NCBI GenBank assembly: GCA_963835415.1
Contig: CAWIFZ010000005.1
Coordinates: 2,937 to 66,936, forward strand
DNA length: 64,000 nucleotides
Source of the DNA: an uncultured Actinomycetes bacterium
Lineage (GTDB): Bacteria; Actinomycetota; UBA4738; HRBIN12
Reading direction: 5' to 3'
Positions 58,727 through 64,000 of this stretch are shown here, in pieces. A program made the translations under genes and the position numbers. The notes under the pieces were generated by a model, which worked only from the letters and a program-made list of their open reading frames with translations, had not been told where the DNA came from and did no database searches. Each line of letters starts with the position of its first letter. Within the stretch, counting starts at the first letter, position 1.

Positions 58727-61700
58727 ATGGCCGCCCAGAAGAGCATCTACCGGATCGCCAGAACGCTGCTGCTCGCCCTGGCAGCGCTCCTCGCGGTGGG
58801 CGCGGTCGGGTCGATGTTCATGGGTTCGCGGGCGGTCAGCCAGGCGAAGACCGCCGCGGTCGATCAGGCGCGAACGATCGTCGAGAACTCGCTGCCCATC
58901 ACCCTCGCACCCAGCGACGTCGTCTCCGCCGCGACCGATTCGAAGGCGGATCTCATCACCAGCAAGATCACGCCGGTCCTGTTGGATCCGAGTGCGTGGG
59001 ACGACGTCGCGATCTGGTCGCTGGACGGTCAGATCGTCTACGCGACGGATCGCTCGCTCATCGGGCAGCGGCCCGACGAGGCGCGCAGCAGCGTGCGCGA
59101 CGCGACCGAGAACGGCACGGTCTCATCCGAGCAGCGCGATGGCATGTTCTCCGTGCTCATCCCCCTGCGGTTCCGGAGCGACGGACCGATCAGCGCCGCC
59201 ATCCAGCTCGCCCGTCCCGACGACCTGATCGCCGCGGCCGGCCGGCCATGGCGCTACAACGCGATCCTCATGACGCTCGGCCTCATCGTCACGCTGTTCG
59301 TCCTCTACCGGGTCATGCGGCTCAGCGCGTCGGCATCGGCGAACGCCAGTTTCACGCCCGCGATCAGGGACCGCGTCGCGCCGGGGCTCCCGCCGCAGGT
59401 CGCGCCGCAGCGCCCGCTGGAGCTGGCGTCTCCGGGGCTCCGCGAGGAGGCCGAGGCCCGCAGGAAGGCACAAGAGCGCGCCACCTCCGCAGAGGAGCGG
59501 CTGACCGTCATCCAGGAGCAATACCGCAAGACGCTCGAAGAGCTCCACATCACGCAGCGGATGCTCCAAGAACGCCCGGCGTCGGCGACGACGACCGGTC
59601 CCGACCCCGAGGTCGAGGCGCGGCTGTTGAAGGCCGAGGGTCAGACGCGACTGCTCGAGGGACAGCTGGCGGCGATGAGCACGGAGCGGGACAAGCTCGC
59701 GCGCCACATCGCGGAACAGGCGAAAGCCGCGGAAGTGGCGAAGGCCAAGGGCGATCCGGAAGCCGATCGCAAGACGCGCCAGATCGAGCAGGAAGCGATC
59801 GGGCTCCGGGCGGAGCTCGAGGGCGCGCAGACCGAGCTGTCGCTGACCCGTCGCGAGCTCGACGCGTTGAAGCCGGACGCAGAGCGTGCCCAGGAGCTGC
59901 AGCAGGACCTGGACGCGGCCCACGTCGAGGCGCTCCACGCCCGCGAGGCGGCGGAGTCCGCGCAGTCCGAGCTCGCGCACGCGACGAGCGAGCTGGTCGA
60001 CGTCCGCAACGAGCTCCGCGTCTTGCGGACCGAGGAGCAGAAGGCGAGCATCTTCGGCGAGGAACTGCGCGTCGCGCGCGCCGAGATCGACAGCCTGAAG
60101 GCATCGCACGCCGCCGACCTGGTGGAGCGCGAGGCCGAACTCGAGGCGCGCGTCCGCACGACCCGTGAGGAGTTCCAGACCCAGCTCGAGCAGAACGAGG
60201 CGGAGACGCAGCGCCTGCTCGCCGAGCGCGAGGAAGCGCTCACGAAGGAAGCCGCGTCCAGCGTGGCCGAGCTGCGCCGCGCCGCCGACGAGCGCGAGGC
60301 CGAGCTGCAGGCGCAGCTCGCCGAGCGTGAGGCCGAGCTCCAGGCGCAGCTCGCCGAGCGTGAGGCGGAGCTGCAGCACCGGCTCGCCGAGCGTGAGGCG
60401 ACGCTGCAGGAACAGATCTCCGAGCAGGCAGAGCAGCTCGAACACAAGCTCACCCAGCGAGAGGCGGAGCTCACCGCACGCATCGCGGAGATGGAGGCGG
60501 GATCGATCGTGACGAAGGGCGAGCTCGACGCCTCGAACGCCGCGCTCGCGACGCTGAAGGGCGAGCTCCAAGCGGCCCGCGACGAGATCGAGGCCGTGAC
60601 GCACGACGAGTCGTCGCGCGACGAGCAGGTGGCCAAGGCGAACGAGGAGCTCGTCCGGTCGCGCACCGAGATCGAGACGTTGCAGCACGAGCTCGGCGAG
60701 ATCCAGCGAGGCCGCGACGCGTTCGAGGCCGAGCTGCAGCGTGCCACGCGGGAGCGCGAGGCGCTCCAAGCCGAGTTGGCCGCCGCCAGCGCCGAGGTCC
60801 AGACGGAGCTCGCACGCGGCGTCGAACTGTCCACGAAGGCCGAGGCCACCGAAGAGGCGCTCCGCGGCGCACGCGAGGCCGCTATGGCCACCGAGCAGGA
60901 GCTGGAACGGATCCGCTCCGAGCAGGAGCGTCTGGTCTCGGCGTTCGAGGACGCCAAGGCCCGTCACGCCGAAGAGCTCACCGTCGCGAAGGCAGCCGCC
61001 GAGGCCAGCCCCGACCTCGAGGAGATCCTCCGCACCAGCCAGGAGCGACTGGCCAGCCAGACCGAGAAGCTGATCGAGGTCGAGGAGCGCGCGCACTCCG
61101 CCGAGCGCCAGTTCGCCGACGCGGTCGTCCGGTTGGATGAGGTCGAGGCCGAGCTCCGCCATCTCCAGATGGAGAAGGCGCTGCACGATCTGCAGACGGA
61201 ACGCCCCTCGGCCGACGCCAGCGCCGAGGACACCACGACGATCCCGAACGCTCCCTTGGAGGACCGCCGTTCATCCACGCCGTTCACCAAGGAGCTGGCG
61301 CTCGACGCGAAGAAGTCGCTGTCGCACATCTTGGGGCTCACGCAGATCATGAAGTACAAGAAGGACTCGAAGGACCAGACACAGCTGATCAAGCAGCTGA
61401 CCGCTGCCGCCCGGCGCCTGGACCACACCGTCGCCGACCTGGCCGAGGCCGACTCGCTCGCGCACGGCGTCGTGGAACTGACGATCAAGCGGACCGACCT
61501 GGATGCCCTGTTGAAGCGCGTCGTGGACGAGTCCGGCATCGGTACCGACCATGACGTTCGCATCGACAGCCAGCCGCTCGTCGTGGGGGTCGACTCGCTC
61601 CGCGTCGAGCAGGTCGTCGCCGGCTTGCTCCGCTTCTGCGGGGACCGCACGGCGACGGGCAAGGCCATCACGGTCCGGCTCGGGAGCATGGATGGGGGCG

Positions 61701-62038
61701 CCTTGATCTCCGTCGAGGATCCCGAGCCGTCCAGCGACGGTTCGCTCAGCCCCGTCATCACCCGCTTCGTCGAGATGCAGGGCGGCTGGACGAAGATCGA
61801 GAGCCGTGACGGGGGCGGCTCTGCCTTCCGCGTCTTCCTGCCCGACGGCGGCCCGTCCGGCGAGACGCCGGTTGCACCCCCGACCGACGAGGTCGGAGGC
61901 GAGGAAGAGCCGGCCGCACCCGGCACGCTGCAGATCGTGGTGGCGGAGCCCGGCGAGCAGGACGGCCCCGACGCGTGGAGCGGCTCGGAGGAGCAGCTGT
62001 TCGTGCAGGAGCTGCACCGGCTGCACGCCGAGGACTGA
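58727..62038 (+). CDS. Membrane sensor protein with ~600-aa coiled coil and degenerate C-terminal histidine-kinase module
   Basis: AAGGGGAACG RBS. Two TM helices flank a ~170-aa extracytoplasmic domain, followed by a very long Glu/Ala/Arg/Leu-rich heptad region. The H-box-like segment is KKSLSHILGLTQIM. The HATPase-like end lacks the N-box Asn (LLRFCGDRT) and the DxGxG box (VEDPEPS). Confidence 0.7.
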   Translation: MAAQKSIYRIARTLLLALAALLAVGAVGSMFMGSRAVSQAKTAAVDQARTIVENSLPITLAPSDVVSAATDSKADLITSKITPVLLDPSAWDDVAIWSLDGQIVYATDRSLIGQRPDEARSSVRDATENGTVSSEQRDGMFSVLIPLRFRSDGPISAAIQLARPDDLIAAAGRPWRYNAILMTLGLIVTLFVLYRVMRLSASASANASFTPAIRDRVAPGLPPQVAPQRPLELASPGLREEAEARRKAQERATSAEERLTVIQEQYRKTLEELHITQRMLQERPASATTTGPDPEVEARLLKAEGQTRLLEGQLAAMSTERDKLARHIAEQAKAAEVAKAKGDPEADRKTRQIEQEAIGLRAELEGAQTELSLTRRELDALKPDAERAQELQQDLDAAHVEALHAREAAESAQSELAHATSELVDVRNELRVLRTEEQKASIFGEELRVARAEIDSLKASHAADLVEREAELEARVRTTREEFQTQLEQNEAETQRLLAEREEALTKEAASSVAELRRAADEREAELQAQLAEREAELQAQLAEREAELQHRLAEREATLQEQISEQAEQLEHKLTQREAELTARIAEMEAGSIVTKGELDASNAALATLKGELQAARDEIEAVTHDESSRDEQVAKANEELVRSRTEIETLQHELGEIQRGRDAFEAELQRATREREALQAELAAASAEVQTELARGVELSTKAEATEEALRGAREAAMATEQELERIRSEQERLVSAFEDAKARHAEELTVAKAAAEASPDLEEILRTSQERLASQTEKLIEVEERAHSAERQFADAVVRLDEVEAELRHLQMEKALHDLQTERPSADASAEDTTTIPNAPLEDRRSSTPFTKELALDAKKSLSHILGLTQIMKYKKDSKDQTQLIKQLTAAARRLDHTVADLAEADSLAHGVVELTIKRTDLDALLKRVVDESGIGTDHDVRIDSQPLVVGVDSLRVEQVVAGLLRFCGDRTATGKAITVRLGSMDGGALISVEDPEPSSDGSLSPVITRFVEMQGGWTKIESRDGGGSAFRVFLPDGGPSGETPVAPPTDEVGGEEEPAAPGTLQIVVAEPGEQDGPDAWSGSEEQLFVQELHRLHAED
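60290..60415 (+). repeat. 33-bp (11-codon) tandem repeat, about 3.7 copies, inside the coiled-coil gene
   Basis: Protein reads EREAELQAQLA EREAELQAQLA EREAELQHRLA EREATLQEQ. Nucleotide copies are near-identical, with phase 60291/60324/60357/60390. Confidence 0.75.
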
Positions 62039-62047
62039 CGCGTCCCG

Positions 62048-63205
62048 CTAGTCCAGCAGCTTCAGCAGCTCCCGTGCGATCACGAGCCGTTGGATCTGGT
62101 TCGTCCCCTCGTAGATCTGGGTGATCTTCGCGTCGCGCATGAATCGCTCGGCAGGGTACTCGCGGACGTAGCCATAGCCGCCCAGGATCTGCACGGCATC
62201 GGTCGTGACCGCCATGGCCGCGTCCGACGCGAAGCACTTGGCCACGCTCGAGTGGAACGCCATGCGTGGATCGCCCGCGTCACACGCCGCGAGCGCGCGA
62301 TACGTGAGCACACGAGCCGCCTCGACCTTCATCGCCATGTCGGCGAGCATGAACTTGATGCCCTCGAAGTCCACGATCCGTTCGCCGAACTGCTTACGCT
62401 CGCTCCCGTACGACAGCGCCAGATCGAGTGCGCCCTGCGCGATACCCACCGCCTGCGCCGCGATCACCGGACGCGAATGGTCGAGCGTGCGCATCGCGAT
62501 CGAGAACCCCTCGCCCTCCGCGCCCACGATGCGGTCGGCAGGGATCCGGCAGTCGTCCAGGATGACCTCGCGCGTGGGTGAGCCCTTGATCCCCATCTTC
62601 TTCTCCGGCTTGCCGAACGACACGCCCGGATCGTCGCGCATCACCAGGAACGCCGAGACGCCTTTCGCTCGCAACGCGGGGTCGCTCGTCGCGAAGACCA
62701 GGTACGCGTGGGACACGCCGGCGCCGGTGATGAAGCGTTTCGTTCCGTTGAGGACGACGTGGTCCCCGCCCCGCTCGAACCGCGTGGCCATGGCCGCGGC
62801 GTCGGAGCCCGCGCCCGCCTCCGTGAGCGCGTACGACATCAGGATCTCGCCTCGACAGATGCCCTGCGTCATGGAACGTCGCTGCTCGTCGGTGCCGGCC
62901 AGCATCAGTGGGATCACGCCGAGCTTCGAGACGATCGGCGTCAGGGAGACGCCGGCCGACACGCGTGAGAGCTCCTCGATGAACACGCCGAACGCGAGCG
63001 CGCCACCCCCGGAGCCGCCGTCGGCCTCGGGATAGCCGACGCCCATCAGGTCGTTCTCGACCAGCATCCGGTAGACGTCCTCCGGCCACTCGTCGGTCTC
63101 GTCGATCTCGGCGGCGCGCGGAGCGATCCGTTCCTCGGCGATCCGGCGAACGAGCGCGCGGAACTCCTCCAGCTCCTCCGGCAGCTCGTAGCGACGGTCG
63201 TCCAC
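62048..63205 (-). CDS. Acyl-CoA dehydrogenase
   Basis: 385-aa intact ORF with the typical ACAD C-terminus (...YEGTNQIQRLVIAREL). Confidence 0.9.
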   Translation of the reverse strand: MDDRRYELPEELEEFRALVRRIAEERIAPRAAEIDETDEWPEDVYRMLVENDLMGVGYPEADGGSGGGALAFGVFIEELSRVSAGVSLTPIVSKLGVIPLMLAGTDEQRRSMTQGICRGEILMSYALTEAGAGSDAAAMATRFERGGDHVVLNGTKRFITGAGVSHAYLVFATSDPALRAKGVSAFLVMRDDPGVSFGKPEKKMGIKGSPTREVILDDCRIPADRIVGAEGEGFSIAMRTLDHSRPVIAAQAVGIAQGALDLALSYGSERKQFGERIVDFEGIKFMLADMAMKVEAARVLTYRALAACDAGDPRMAFHSSVAKCFASDAAMAVTTDAVQILGGYGYVREYPAERFMRDAKITQIYEGTNQIQRLVIARELLKLLD

Positions 63206-63218
63206 GAACTCGTCCGCC

Positions 63219-64000
63219 TCAGACGACCCGTCGGATGATCAGCGCGTCGCCCTGTCCGCCGCCGCCGCAGAGCGCCGCCGCACCCAGATCGACGCCACGG
63301 CGCCGCATCTCCATCGCCAGCGTCAGGACGAGCCGGGCGCCGCTCGCCCCGATCGGGTGACCAAGCGCGATGGCCCCCCCGTTCACGTTCACGATGTCCT
63401 CACCGATCCCGAGCATGCGCGAGGCGTGGACGGTCACCGCGGCGAACGCCTCGTTGATCTCGACCAGCCCGAGGTCGCCGGCGTCCAGGCCGGCGCGCTT
63501 CAACGCCGCCTCGATCGCGAGCGCGGGCACGGTCTGCAGCGACGAGTACGCGCCCGCCGCCATCCCGTACGCCTCGATCACGGCGATCGGCTGCAGGCCG
63601 AGGCGCTCGGCCGCCTCCTCGTTCATCACGACCACCGCCGCCGCACCATCGGAGATCTGCGATGCGTTGCCGGCCGTGACGGTCCCGTCCGGCGTGAACG
63701 CGGGCTTCAGCGCGGCGAGCGCCTCGACGCTCGTGTCCGGCCGCATGCCTTCGTCGCGATCGAACGCGACCGGGTCGCCCTTCCGCTGCGGCACCTCGAC
63801 CGCCACGACCTCCTCGGCGAGTCGTCCCACCTCCCACGCCTCGGCCGCCCGCTGGTGCGAGCGGGCCGACCACGTGTCCTGTTCGGCGCGATCGATGCCG
63901 AGCTCGCGGCTGACGATATCGGTGCCCTCGCCCATGTGATGGTCGTGGAAGCTCGACCACAGGCCGTCGTGGATCATCGAGTCGAGCATGGGCGTGTCGC
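63219..64000 (-). CDS. Acetyl-CoA C-acetyltransferase (thiolase), C-terminal part; gene continues beyond the window end
   Basis: NVNGGAIALGHPIGASGAR and CGGGGQG C-terminal thiolase motifs. Confidence 0.9.
   Translation of the reverse strand, partial: DTPMLDSMIHDGLWSSFHDHHMGEGTDIVSRELGIDRAEQDTWSARSHQRAAEAWEVGRLAEEVVAVEVPQRKGDPVAFDRDEGMRPDTSVEALAALKPAFTPDGTVTAGNASQISDGAAAVVVMNEEAAERLGLQPIAVIEAYGMAAGAYSSLQTVPALAIEAALKRAGLDAGDLGLVEINEAFAAVTVHASRMLGIGEDIVNVNGGAIALGHPIGASGARLVLTLAMEMRRRGVDLGAAALCGGGGQGDALIIRRVV

Noticed and set aside
1-64000. A search for CRISPR arrays, tRNA/rRNA genes, transposases, integrases, toxin-antitoxin pairs and restriction-modification genes.
   Set aside because: No spaced direct-repeat arrays, no tRNA-like T-arm or acceptor patterns in intergenic DNA, and no ORFs with the corresponding motifs were found by eye. 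A dedicated scan with tRNAscan or Infernal would be needed to exclude small RNAs.

Overview
The window is a composite of two unrelated segments joined without a gap at about 11,432.

**Segment A (1 to ~11,432)**
- It looks proteobacterial, probably Rhizobiales-like. That placement is inferred from gene content and from GC judged by eye at roughly 60-65%, not computed.
- It carries an AsmA-family gene, an AT-rich islet with an M15 peptidase gene, and a Tat-signal cyclase-family gene.
- It also carries a quinate/shikimate catabolic cluster: type II dehydroquinase, a TRAP transporter (dctMQP), shikimate/quinate dehydrogenase, a TetR regulator and dehydroshikimate dehydratase.
- Many of these genes are broken by frameshifts.

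**Segment B (~11,432 to 64,000)**
- It is very GC-rich (roughly 70-75% by eye) and actinobacterial in gene content. In order it contains:
  - F420 biosynthesis (fbiC, cofD, single-domain cofE).
  - An NCS2 purine permease, two tandem DUF3105 genes and a SpoIID/LGFP protein.
  - A 13-gene cell-wall glycopolymer operon: LCP, rmlA/B/D, four glycosyltransferases, a Wzm/Wzt exporter, a small EamA-like protein and an NDP-hexose pyrophosphorylase.
  - A pseudo-receiver/degenerate GGDEF protein and an ECF sigma/anti-sigma pair.
  - Two small secreted proteins plus an ApbE-ferric-reductase-domain fusion.
  - A redox neighbourhood of DoxX, ADH, DoxX-Rieske and an OmpR-type two-component system.
  - A GNAT/ADP-forming acyl-CoA synthetase (Pat-like), aconitase, a thioesterase, ArsR-SRPBCC and LtrA.
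  - A nurA-herA-sbcD-sbcC operon followed by a ~1,100-aa membrane coiled-coil histidine-kinase-like protein.
  - An acyl-CoA dehydrogenase and a partial thiolase.

No rRNA, tRNA, CRISPR, transposase or integrase was recognised.

**Most system-like candidates for follow-up**
- The archaeal-style nurA-herA-sbcD-sbcC cluster, whose HerA has a deviant P-loop, together with the coiled-coil pseudo-kinase next to it.
- The ApbE-FRD fusion module downstream of the ECF sigma pair.

All family assignments come from motif reading of the supplied translations. No database search was possible.
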